64,000 nt of DNA from Caldisphaera sp. (GCA_049971805.1 JBMFKU010000002.1:1-64000), one strand, 5' to 3'. Shown: positions 43,213 to 54,659, counted from the stretch's first letter. Numbers and translations are program-made. The notes: generated by a model from the sequence alone, not told the origin.

Positions 43213-43706
43213 GGGATCTAAGTGAAAAAGAGTTGCATATCATTAAGGAATTTACAGACAGTTTAGGGATAAAAATAGAGTCAATACTAAATAACCCTAA
43301 GATATTAATTGTGAAAGGCGCAAAATTTAATGATGTTTTTGATTTTCCTATTTATTTTAATGGCCTGATAGATGATATTAAATCCATATATTCTGGGGGT
43401 TATTATTTAGGTTATATAAAGAAAGAAAAATTTCATCCTGGGATACCTCTAGCAAATAGAATTTCAAGGTTATGTAAAATTATAGATTGCATTATTATCG
43501 ATGATACTGGAGAGAAAATTTTTCTATATGGGAAAAATGTAAACCAAAACCACTTAATAAAGTTTAGCAAAGGACTAAAAGTTGTTGTAAATGCAAATTA
43601 TGAATCCTTAGGTTGGGGAATAGGTAAAGTTATTAATGGGAAAAAAGAAATTAAAATAGTTGAACCACTGAAAGATTTGGGCTGGTATTTAAGAAGAGGT
43701 GGGTAG
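43185..43706 (+). CDS. NIP7/PUA-like ribosome biogenesis protein
   Basis: FLYGKNV, LGWG, DLGWYLRRGG; adjacent to the NOP2-like gene. Confidence 0.8.
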   Translation: MQAKEAPRLRDLSEKELHIIKEFTDSLGIKIESILNNPKILIVKGAKFNDVFDFPIYFNGLIDDIKSIYSGGYYLGYIKKEKFHPGIPLANRISRLCKIIDCIIIDDTGEKIFLYGKNVNQNHLIKFSKGLKVVVNANYESLGWGIGKVINGKKEIKIVEPLKDLGWYLRRGG

Positions 43707-44442
43707 AATGGCATTTAATGATGGAGATTTCGTGCTAATAAACTATACCATTAAGGTTAAAGATGGTAATAATTTAAAGGTGCAAGAAACTACATATCAG
43801 GATGTGGCAAAACAAGCTGGAATATTTGATCCAAATAAAAAATATGGACCTTATTTAGTTGTTATAGGAAAAAGTCAATTAATTGAGGCTGTAGATGATG
43901 CTATTAAAGAAATGCAAGTTGGAGAAAAGAAAGAAATAATAGCTAAACCTGAAAAAGCCTATGGCGTAAAAAGAGAAGATTTAGTTATTAGATTACCTGT
44001 AAAGCAATTAAGAAGATATAATATACCTCCAAAGATAGGCCAAAAAGTTGAAATCGGTGGAAGAATTGGGATTATAGAAAGGCTTGCTGAAAGATTTGCA
44101 TATATAGATTTTAATCATCCTTTAGCTGGAAAAGATTTATCAATAGATTTGGAGGTAGTTCAGAAAATAGACGATTTTAATGATAAAGTTAAATATCTTG
44201 TAGAAAGATGGCTAGGATTAGACAAAAACAAAGTAAGCATTGAAGGGGATCAAGATAGTCTAAAAATTAATTTACCATCTGATGTGATAGGTATAAGTGA
44301 TTTGGAATCAAAACTTCAGCTTTTGACTAGGGATATATATCAGTATATTAAGCCAAAGGAGGTCAATATTAATATAAAGGTTGAATATAAAGAAGAAAGC
44401 AAGGTTGAAAATAAAGAAGAAACTAAAGAGAAAGGGCAATAA
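43699..44442 (+). CDS. FKBP-type peptidyl-prolyl isomerase (long archaeal SlyD-like)
   Basis: GDFVLINY, PEKAYG, IDFNHPLAGK. Confidence 0.92.
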   Translation: MGRMAFNDGDFVLINYTIKVKDGNNLKVQETTYQDVAKQAGIFDPNKKYGPYLVVIGKSQLIEAVDDAIKEMQVGEKKEIIAKPEKAYGVKREDLVIRLPVKQLRRYNIPPKIGQKVEIGGRIGIIERLAERFAYIDFNHPLAGKDLSIDLEVVQKIDDFNDKVKYLVERWLGLDKNKVSIEGDQDSLKINLPSDVIGISDLESKLQLLTRDIYQYIKPKEVNINIKVEYKEESKVENKEETKEKGQ

Positions 44443-44477
44443 GATAACAGATTAAAATTTTCTAAGAAACAAAATAT

Positions 44478-44541
44478 ATGGACCGATGAAGGCTGATGGG
44501 CAGTCTGAAAGGTGGTGATATATTGCAGTTCTGAGGTCCAT
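44478..44541 (+). ncRNA. Box C/D guide sRNA
   Basis: 7-bp terminal stem ATGGACC/GGTCCAT; C box ATGAAGG, D' CTGA (44505-08), C' GTGGTGA, D CTGA (44531-34); two guides of about 12 nt. Confidence 0.85.
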
Positions 44542-45256
44542 TAATAAACAGCTAATACTTGCTACATCAGACATACATTCTCCTATATATTTTGATTTAT
44601 TTTTCACATCTTTAAATAAAATTGATGAGATTCCATGCATTTTTCTATTAGCAGGAGACATAATAAATAAAGGAAAAATTGAAAATGCAAGGCCCGTTTT
44701 CGATTTAATCAATAATAAATTTCCAGAGGTGAAGGTAATAGCAGTATTTGGTAATGATGAATATAGCGAGATATGGGATGAGCTTAGAAAGAAATACAGT
44801 AATGTAACATGGCTTTTAGATGAGTATATTGTAGTTGAATGTAATAAAACAAAGATAGCAATTGTAGGTACACCAGGGGCTATTGATAAACCTACAAAAT
44901 GGCAATTAACTCATATAAATGGCATTCAGAATTATTACCAAAATAGAGTAAATAAGATCAAAGAACTTTTAATAGAAGCTAAAGGAAAATCTGATAAAGT
45001 AATCCTGCTATCTCATTATGGTCTATCCAGCCTAACTTTAAAAGGAGAAAAACCTTTTGCATATAGTCAATTATATAGTTCGAAAATGGAAAAAATTATA
45101 TCGGAAATTAGACCTGATGTAGCAATACATGGACATGCTCATAAAGGAAAAAAGTTTGCGATATTAAATAATGTTCCTATATATAATGTAGCCATACCTT
45201 TAGTAAAAGAAGTTGTTAAAATTAAATTTAAAAAGACACTTATGGATTTAATTTAA
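44540..45256 (+). CDS. Calcineurin-like metallophosphoesterase (non-canonical start)
   Basis: Frame open upstream of the called GTG 44729 and contains SDIH and AGD motifs; GND, SHY and HGHAH downstream; start position uncertain. Confidence 0.8.
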   Translation: MNKQLILATSDIHSPIYFDLFFTSLNKIDEIPCIFLLAGDIINKGKIENARPVFDLINNKFPEVKVIAVFGNDEYSEIWDELRKKYSNVTWLLDEYIVVECNKTKIAIVGTPGAIDKPTKWQLTHINGIQNYYQNRVNKIKELLIEAKGKSDKVILLSHYGLSSLTLKGEKPFAYSQLYSSKMEKIISEIRPDVAIHGHAHKGKKFAILNNVPIYNVAIPLVKEVVKIKFKKTLMDLI

Positions 45257-45400
45257 TTTTGCTAAGCTTATTTTTATTAGTTATTTAAATAGATAGGAAG
45301 TTTTGGAATAAAGTTTTTTATAAAGAGTATTTTATGGTTTTTTAAATTAAAAATAGAGGAAACATTTTAAAACATTTTACAATAACTTTTTTGAAGGGAA

Positions 45401-45475
45401 GCCGCGGTAGTATAGCCCGGCCCAGTATGCGGGCCTTTCGAGCCCGTGACCCGGGTTCAAATCCCGGCCGCGGCA
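45401..45475 (+). tRNA. tRNA-Glu(TTC)
   Basis: GCCGCGG acceptor; CGGGC-CT-TTC-GA-GCCCG; GGTTCAAATCC. Confidence 0.95.
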
Positions 45476-45670
45476 TAAACCTGCGTGGTCTGCACATAAA
45501 ACTATTTAATTTTTAAATGATCAGATACATAAACTGTGATGATGTTTCAGTTTTATGGAGCAAACTCTAACTTTAAAGAGCAGATATTTTTAGTTAGTGA
45601 ATGATTGTTTATTATAAACTTAAACTGAAACTTTATAAAGCCACTAATACGTTAATGTAAAATGTATTAG

Positions 45671-47455
45671 GTGTTTATCATGATAGAAGAAAAATCAGTT
45701 GAGTTAAACCTAGATTTTAGAGATTATCAGTTGAATGTGGGGAAAATTTTAGAATACGGTCATATGATAGCACCCAATCAAAAAATAATTTATGCTCCTC
45801 CTAACTTACCTATCAAGGAATATACTTATAGAGATCTTTATCAGCGCGTAAATGCCTTAGGAGCATTCTTTGAAGGGTTAGGCATTAAACGAGCTGAAAA
45901 ACCTCGAGAATTTGGTGGTAAAATAGCTGTTATGGATTGGAATACCTCAAGATACCTAGAACTTATGTATGCAGTACCTATGTATGGTGCTACATTATTT
46001 ACCGTTAACATTAGGTTAGCACCAGAAGAAATACTATACACATCAAATATTGTTAAACCCGAGGTTTTATTTATCCATACGGATTTTCTTCCATTGCTTA
46101 AACAAATTCTTACCAACATTGGAAGCATCAAATATGTAATAATAATGAATGACGCAGAAACTGTGGGAGCAAGTAAACCTCCAAAGGTTGAATTAGAGCT
46201 TCCAAGTACTGTTAAGCTCTATAACTACGAAGATATTGTTGGTAAAGGTAAAGCGCATTATGATTGGCCTGACATAGAGGAGCACGCTATAGCTGAGATA
46301 TTCTTCACATCAGGTACCACTGGTAGACCAAAAGGAGTCTATCACGAACATAGGCAAATAGTTATTGGCACAATGCAATTAACAATTGCTCATAGCCAAC
46401 CGCCAATTTCTCTTACTAATAAAGACACACAATTGCTTTTAACTCCAATGTTTCACATTCTTGGATGGCTTAACCCATATATTTCAATATTACTCGGATC
46501 ACCAATAATATTGCCTGGCAGATACGATTGGCAATACCTAACCAAATTGTTAGTTGAAAAATTTGTTCACGAGGCTAAAAAACTTAAAGGCAGAGCCATA
46601 GCATTTGGAGTACCTTCAATGCTAATATCAATTATTGAAAATGCTAAAGCCATGGGAATCAAAGAAATAAATAATTTTATGTATGGCTATGGAGGGCAAG
46701 CATTACCAGTTGCAATTTATGAAGAATGCAAGAAAATGAAAATTGAAATTGTAACAGGTTATGGCCCCTCAGAGACGCTTACAGCAATAACTCGCATGTT
46801 CATGCCTCCAAGATATTATTTAAAGGAAGGGATCGACGATGAAAAGTTTAGAGATCATGAAGTTATTGATAACACATTAGGTATACCTATTCCGCTAACT
46901 TTTGTTAAGGTTGTTGACGAGCAAGGCAGAGAATTACCATGGGATGGAAAAACTATAGGTAGACTTTTGCTTTATTCACCAACAGTAACTAGAGAGTATC
47001 TTGGTGATATCGAAAAAACTGATAGGGCTTGGAGATTTAAATATTTCGATTTGGATGACATGGTTGTAATAGATGAACATGGTTGTGTGTTTTTTGTAGA
47101 TAGGGAAAAGGATGCCGTTAAAAGCGGTGGGGAATGGATACCATCCAGCAGGCTTGAAATGTTCATATCAACACACCCAGCAGTTAGCGAAGTTGCAGTT
47201 ATAGGAGCCCCTCATCCAAGGTGGATTGAAAGACCAATAGCAGTTGTAGTGTTAAAACCAGAGTACATAGGCAAAGTTTCTGAAGAAGAGCTTAAAGACT
47301 ATTTGCAAAGAGAGTTTGTTGATAAGAATCTAATTCCTAAGTACTGGATTCCAGATAAGATAATTTTCACAAAGACGGAAGAACTACCAAGGACTTCAAC
47401 AGCAAAGATGGATAAAAAGGTTCTACGAGAAAGATATAAGAATTTATTCATATAG
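45671..47455 (+). CDS. Acyl-CoA synthetase (medium/long-chain fatty acid-CoA ligase family)
   Basis: FTSGTTGRPKGV, GYGPSE, DR.KD.VKSGGEW, PRTSTAKMDK. Confidence 0.92.
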   Translation: MFIMIEEKSVELNLDFRDYQLNVGKILEYGHMIAPNQKIIYAPPNLPIKEYTYRDLYQRVNALGAFFEGLGIKRAEKPREFGGKIAVMDWNTSRYLELMYAVPMYGATLFTVNIRLAPEEILYTSNIVKPEVLFIHTDFLPLLKQILTNIGSIKYVIIMNDAETVGASKPPKVELELPSTVKLYNYEDIVGKGKAHYDWPDIEEHAIAEIFFTSGTTGRPKGVYHEHRQIVIGTMQLTIAHSQPPISLTNKDTQLLLTPMFHILGWLNPYISILLGSPIILPGRYDWQYLTKLLVEKFVHEAKKLKGRAIAFGVPSMLISIIENAKAMGIKEINNFMYGYGGQALPVAIYEECKKMKIEIVTGYGPSETLTAITRMFMPPRYYLKEGIDDEKFRDHEVIDNTLGIPIPLTFVKVVDEQGRELPWDGKTIGRLLLYSPTVTREYLGDIEKTDRAWRFKYFDLDDMVVIDEHGCVFFVDREKDAVKSGGEWIPSSRLEMFISTHPAVSEVAVIGAPHPRWIERPIAVVVLKPEYIGKVSEEELKDYLQREFVDKNLIPKYWIPDKIIFTKTEELPRTSTAKMDKKVLRERYKNLFI

Positions 47456-47816
47456 CTACTTGCCATGATGTTTATTAAAATTACATAGTAATCTAACATA
47501 TTTCAAATACCTATTCCTTAGTTTACAATGTTATCATGCGAGTCCTTACGGATGGTATGTAATTGAGAGATTGAAAAGGGTTAGGATAACTTTTTAAAAA
47601 GTATATGTAATGATCTTGTATAATATACACAGATCTTTGCAAAAAAGCTTTGAAAGTTGGAAGAAGTTTTTCATTTAGAGGATTTCTTTTAAATTAAAAA
47701 TAGAAAAAATTGAAAGGCTAAATGAGCAACAAGATTTTATTATAACGCTTAATGATTAGAATATCCTTCTTTCAATTATTTCTCTTATAGGCTGTTTATG
47801 CTTTTCTCTTGCATGT

Positions 47817-48275
47817 TCACAGTTGCATATCTCTCCTTTTCATGTCTGATGTTAGAGCCGTTATAGAATTGATATAAGCTTTCTCCTTTTGTCCCACTTT
47901 TTGTAAAAGTCTATTGGGGTATTTCAAGTTTGCTCTAGCCTTATTGGTAATTTTCAGCTTTGCTATGTTCAGAGCTATCACTTGATGAAGCTTTCTTGCT
48001 TTCTGGTTTGGTTTAGCATTATATATGCCATCAAAATAATCTGGGCTCAAGTTTTAAAGAGAAGCTTCTGAATTTATTCTATTCCTTGCAGCCTTAAATA
48101 GCTCGTTTGTTGAGTTAAACTGATACTCATTTCCTATTTCAATTTTTGCAAGCTTATAATTTCTAATCTTTTCAAGCACTATAGCCTTTCCGTGCTTCTT
48201 TCAGCAACATGGAATTTCCAAGATTGTAATTGGTAGCTTTCTATTTTAACTGCCTCCTTTAACGTCTTCAACACA
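47817..48275 (-). pseudogene. Degraded, internally deleted tnpB remnant of an IS607-type element
   Basis: Directly downstream of and overlapping the tnpA remnant; HQVIALNIAK resembles the TnpB RuvC-III segment; many stops. Confidence 0.45.
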
Positions 48276-48858
48276 CTTAATCACATTCTCGTATTTGCTG
48301 CTCTCATTAGCGTAGATTCTTGAGGTAAATGATTTAACAATTTCTACGAAATCCTTAAAGTTCATGCATATGATCCTTTGGTTCTTCTTGAAAAGCTACA
48401 ATAACGTTTACACCATAAGCCTTGAATAGTTCATCAAGGTACTCAAACTAAGCCGCGTTAGCCTATCCTTATAAGCTACTATAGCGTTGATTTGCTTACT
48501 TCTTGCGAGTTCTATTAACTTCCTTAGACCTTTCCTATTCAATTTCAAGGCAGAACCTGTGTCCTTAACCTCAATTACTTTAACTTCACAGAAAGTTTTC
48601 TTAGCTCAATGCCTCAAAGCGCTTAGTTCTCTTTCTAAATCGTCCTTTTGCAAGCTTGATGAAACCCTAGCGTATATTACAATTTGCCTGATCTTACACC
48701 GAAGTTACTTATTACTTCTCTATTTAGCTGTAAGGGATTCTCCACCTACTATTTATCTCAACAGCCCTAATTTTACCTTGCTTAATTCACTTAACAACAC
48801 TACTTCCAATCATGCCTAATACTTTAGCAACCCTTCTTGGAGTTAGGTGCCTTTCCAC
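48246..48858 (-). mobile_element. IS607-family tnpA (MerR-like HTH plus serine recombinase) pseudogene
   Basis: Manual translation MERHLTPRRVAKVLG...K*IKQGKIRAVEINSRWRIP...IYARVSSSLQKDDLERE...KDTGSA...RKGLRKL...AYKDRLTR...FTSRIY, with stops and frameshifts. Confidence 0.88.
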
Positions 48859-48888
48859 AGTACTTACCAAGGCATTTAATAGAAGTAT

Positions 48889-49665
48889 TTAAAAGTTACG
48901 ATGAATATTATAGTCTTTGTAAGTAATTTTATAACCCCTTGGTGCCACAGGCTCATAGAACATAAACTTAGGCGGAGGATATGAGTATATTTTCTTTATT
49001 CCTTCTAGACCACTAAAGATTTTATCAACAAATTCTGCTGGTATTATTATGCTTATTTCATCTTCTTCGGTCCTACCCCATACTGCTTCTCCTGAACCAG
49101 GTATGCTTATTTGAGGTTTCTTCACTTTATAAGCATAAGTAATTGAGGAACAAGAGCTTAGCCCTAGAAAGCTAGCTTCTGGGATTATGCCATGCCATAT
49201 GAGAGCTTTACCTATAGCAGCAATTTGTTGTGGTGTACCGTATATGTCAATGACATCGGGTGTAAAAGTAATATGTTCGAGAGGTGCTACTAGAACTGCC
49301 TTAACACTCCCTTGTGGTAATGCATGTTCGAGAAACTTTGAGTCTAAGTATTTCTTACCTTCATCGTTTGAAGTATGCCAGCCAGTAGCTTCTTTTTTGA
49401 GAAACTCTGGAAACTCAGGAGTTAATCCAAAAAGATATGCTCCTGCTATACAAAACATGTCCTCGAGAGTAAAAGCCATAGGCATCGAATAGTACCTAGC
49501 AAGGTTTATCACTTGGCAAACAGCTAAATGAATACCGAAATCCTTAGGCCTTTTAAAAGCAGATAACTCGCAAGGCTCTGTACAGAATTTAATGCCAAGA
49601 GGATAAGTATGTAACCCAAGTCTCCCTCTAAACTCTAGTCCAAATTTCTTAAATTCTTCAGACAA
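48889..49665 (-). CDS. DUF169 family protein
   Basis: PLGIKF, VCQ.INLAR, C.AGAYLFG, APLE...PDV, PGSGE. Confidence 0.85.
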   Translation of the reverse strand: MSEEFKKFGLEFRGRLGLHTYPLGIKFCTEPCELSAFKRPKDFGIHLAVCQVINLARYYSMPMAFTLEDMFCIAGAYLFGLTPEFPEFLKKEATGWHTSNDEGKKYLDSKFLEHALPQGSVKAVLVAPLEHITFTPDVIDIYGTPQQIAAIGKALIWHGIIPEASFLGLSSCSSITYAYKVKKPQISIPGSGEAVWGRTEEDEISIIIPAEFVDKIFSGLEGIKKIYSYPPPKFMFYEPVAPRGYKITYKDYNIHRNF

Positions 49666-50164
49666 AGATTTTCTCCCATTTATGAAGAATTCTATAAGGA
49701 ATAAAAATCTTAGATTGCACTTGATATATATTTTGTATTATTCATGCTATAGAAAAGTAAAAAATCCTTAGTCATATTATCAGAATGTCTTTCATATCTT
49801 TTTAGAAAAGCTAAATCACTATTATACTACTATTTTGCAGCCTTCTTAGATCTTCGATTTCACTACTTAATGTTATAGGGCTGTGATATCTTGAAGGTCT
49901 TTGCTCTAGGTTTGATATGAAGCATTATATTGCATGCGGTAAGTTGCTCTAGGTTCTCATATTGTGTAATCAAAAGATGGCGTATCAGAAGATAAAATAG
50001 TTGCTCTCCTTCTTGTTTGAAGAGCGAATTTCTTAGGGTCTTAAAAATCACATCCTTTGTTGTCACTCTTAATAAATTCATTAATGTCTTCTAGTCGTTG
50101 TAGGAGTAAAGTTTGCTTCCGATCTCATTCTTGTTAATAAGACATAACTAATTTATAAAAGATT

Positions 50165-50412
50165 AAAAGCCTTGCCCCTTCTGCTGGGAATGAATAGCTT
50201 AAATACTCTTCCATTTCATGTCCTAAATGATGTAAGAAAATGGTTTAAATCAGACATCGTTGGTTTAAATGCTCTTGCAGTTATGAGAATGATAGAGAGT
50301 TATTCAATTACTAATTTAAATAGGGGTTCTCTGACCCTCGCTATTGCCCCTCGTAAGAGATGTAAACCCAAATTAATGAGAGGAAACTTGCAATTTATGG
50401 CGAGAAGGCTTC
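50165..50412 (+). mobile_element. Miniature (internally deleted) IS200/IS605 element retaining the tnpB 3' end
   Basis: Reads [30 protein letters not shown]...NLNRGSLTL (TnpB zinc ribbon and RuvC-III); decayed GC-rich hairpin-like ends. Confidence 0.75.
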
Positions 50413-50500
50413 CAATATAAATTTTTATATAAGAATTGTCCATAAACAGGTCTAGATTTGATCGTTGTTTTTTATTATTATTGTTGTTAACTAATCAATT

Positions 50501-51053
50501 TCAAATTATTATAGTAAAGCACTGCCCAAACTATTATTGCTAGCTTTCTAATGCAACAATAAGTTTCTTACCCTTTATTTTACCTCTATGTCATAAAATT
50601 CCATTATAACAGTTTACCTTTTATTTAATATGGAGAAGAACAATGCCTTCCTCAATATTTCATTCCCTTTCTCATATACCCTTACAGTTTCTTTATAGCT
50701 CCTCTTAACAACAGGGTCTAGCAATATGCTATGAACTTCCTCTTGTTTCTCTTTATATCACCAATCCTTGCTAGAATTAATGAGCCCATGTTCTTATAAT
50801 TCTTGATTGTAAATATAGGCGTTTATCAATTTTCTTAATTATTTCATTTTCTATCATTTCCTTCTCAAGCATCTTAATTTCTTCAACAAGAAATTCATCA
50901 GAAATATATCACCAATTTTTATTGCTCTAAGTTCTTCCTTGTTATCATTAAAACCTATTATTATAAGATCCCTCCTTACTTATTAATCTATTCTTAATCC
51001 TGAAATTTTAACAGTAAAATCCCATTGGCTTGTTAATCCCTTCTCTCTCCATA
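50501..51053 (-). pseudogene. IS110 transposase, C-terminal half (decayed)
   Basis: Fragments GLTSQWDF, RIKNR, RRDL, LILARIGDIKR, FIAYC, LDPVVKRS, KGNEILRKALF, RKLAIIVWAVLYYN. Confidence 0.8.
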
Positions 51054-51086
51054 GGCTAAGAGCTCGAATAATAAGGGTGAAATTCG

Positions 51087-51368
51087 TTGGAGACTCCATT
51101 TACGGAATAGATTTATCTAAGAATAATTTAACCTTTTGAAGGCGTAATTTATAATATTTCAAATAATGAGAAAGGATATGAGTTAAAAAGTATATTGCCT
51201 AAAGTGTAATAGGCCTTGAAAGCACTGGTGTATATCATATAAACCTATGCATCTATCTAAATAAAATAATGGTTGTAAACTTAATTGAAGGTAAGGATTT
51301 TAGGAGAAAAAAAGAGCTCGGAAACGATGCTAAAAAGCTTTCTGTTAATATTTATGGAATTCAATGAG
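51087..51368 (+). pseudogene. IS110 transposase, N-terminal RuvC-like half (decayed)
   Basis: GGGTGA RBS and TTG; fragments METP, YGIDLSK, SNNEKGYE, IGLESTGVYHINL, KDFRRKK, NDAKKL. Confidence 0.78.
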
Positions 51369-51386
51369 GTCAAAGTCTACTCCAGC

Positions 51387-51430
51387 CAGATCTATTATTT
51401 ATAGATCTGACCAATATATCTTATATAAGA
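51387..51430. repeat. Two palindromes (9-bp hairpin and 12-bp palindrome)
   Basis: CAGATCTAT-TATTT-ATAGATCTG (51387-51409) and TCTTATATAAGA (51419-51430); IS end or operator. Confidence 0.5.
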
Positions 51431-51448
51431 GAGGTCAGCATAGTTAAC

Positions 51449-52033
51449 GTGATGGCTATGAGTATAATTATTATATATCATGATACAGAAAATTATGAGA
51501 ACTATAAAGAATTGGAAGAAGATATAAAAAATAACCTAAACAATGCTATACTGATTCCTATTTCAGAAATTGATAAAATAAAATTAAATCATGATGATAA
51601 GGTGATATCTTTAATACCACTTAGAGGCGGGCACAACAAAAGCATTGAGCAGATATCAAAAAAATATAACATTATACTTTATAAACTACCTATAGAGTTA
51701 ATATTAAAAGGTATTATAAGTAATTTAAGATCGAATAAATGCGACGAACTATGCATTGTGTACTGGAAAGCCAAAAGGCTTGTAAACGAACAAGAAGAAG
51801 ATCTAAATTATCTCATAGAGAACATAAAAAATAACCTAAAAATAAGCAATGTATCACTAGATTGTAACAAATGTTATAAATGCGTTATAGCTTTAACGAT
51901 GCTAAAAGGTAAATTATCCGAAAACGCTTTAAAAATGAAAGAGAAATGTAACAGTTTTGTTATTGAGGATTTATATAGTATATCAAAAAGCGATATAATT
52001 AATTGGATAAAAAATGTAAGCCGCCAACAATAA
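51449..52033 (+). CDS. Hypothetical protein, distant CbiX/SirB chelatase-like
   Basis: IIIIYH start and LIPLRGGH; duplicated two-half layout. Confidence 0.5.
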   Translation: MMAMSIIIIYHDTENYENYKELEEDIKNNLNNAILIPISEIDKIKLNHDDKVISLIPLRGGHNKSIEQISKKYNIILYKLPIELILKGIISNLRSNKCDELCIVYWKAKRLVNEQEEDLNYLIENIKNNLKISNVSLDCNKCYKCVIALTMLKGKLSENALKMKEKCNSFVIEDLYSISKSDIINWIKNVSRQQ

Positions 52034-52292
52034 TTAAAAGAATCAAGCGATTATTCGAGGCTTTATGCATCTTGCTTCATCTTTTTAGGTCACATATTAA
52101 TTCCTTATACCTTATTAACTCATGTGTTATACTAATTTATTTAAAAAATAAGAGCCCATTATCGTCAAAATACATTTAAATTTACCATGAACACAATAAA
52201 TTAAAGTGTGAAATTTTTTTCTTTCTATGAAACAAAAGAGTTTTAATATAGATAACATTTATTTAAGTTAATAAAATAATTATAGTTTTGAT

Positions 52293-52377
52293 GCGGGGGT
52301 GCCCGAGCCTGGCCAAAGGGGACGGGCCCAGAACCCGTTGGTGTAGGCCTGCGTGGGTTCAAACCCCACCCCCCGCA
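52293..52377 (+). tRNA. tRNA-Leu(CAG) with atypical C33
   Basis: GCGGGGG/CCCCCGC acceptor, long variable arm, ACGGG-CC-CAG-AA-CCCGT. Confidence 0.88.
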
Positions 52378-52548
52378 CTTAATAAAAATATTTAATTTTA
52401 AATAATAAATTACTTTTATAATGATGTAGGCTCATAAAAAACCAATAATTTTTACTTAATTTTAAATAATAAATAAAATTTCTAGGTAGAGCTTAAATAT
52501 AAGGCCTATCCAGTGTATCTTTAGAAATAAAAAAGCGGTGCAAAGAGC

Positions 52549-54530
<1,982 letters not shown>

Positions 54531-54659
54531 TTTCCTTATTAGTTCTTAAAACATTTTCCTTAAAGGTTCAGGATTATAAATATTCTCTTTATAAAGATAT
54601 ATTCAACTTAATTTGACAGATTTATTAATTCCCATAAGTATACAACTCAGGGTGCAAAC

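Noticed and set aside
44452-44712. 86-aa minus-strand ORF
   Set aside because: Antisense to the C/D sRNA and to the true 5' part of the metallophosphoesterase
45494-45557. CATAAAACT/AGTTTTATG inverted repeat with an internal GTGATGA (C-box-like)
   Set aside because: No properly spaced D boxes or guides; AT-rich repeat could be chance or a terminator
50172-50420. 82-aa ORF as a real gene
   Set aside because: Mostly an off-frame read-through of the decayed tnpB 3' end
45401-52377. Integrated provirus or plasmid at tRNA-Glu or tRNA-Leu
   Set aside because: No integrase, replication or structural genes, and no duplicated tRNA end (att) found by eye
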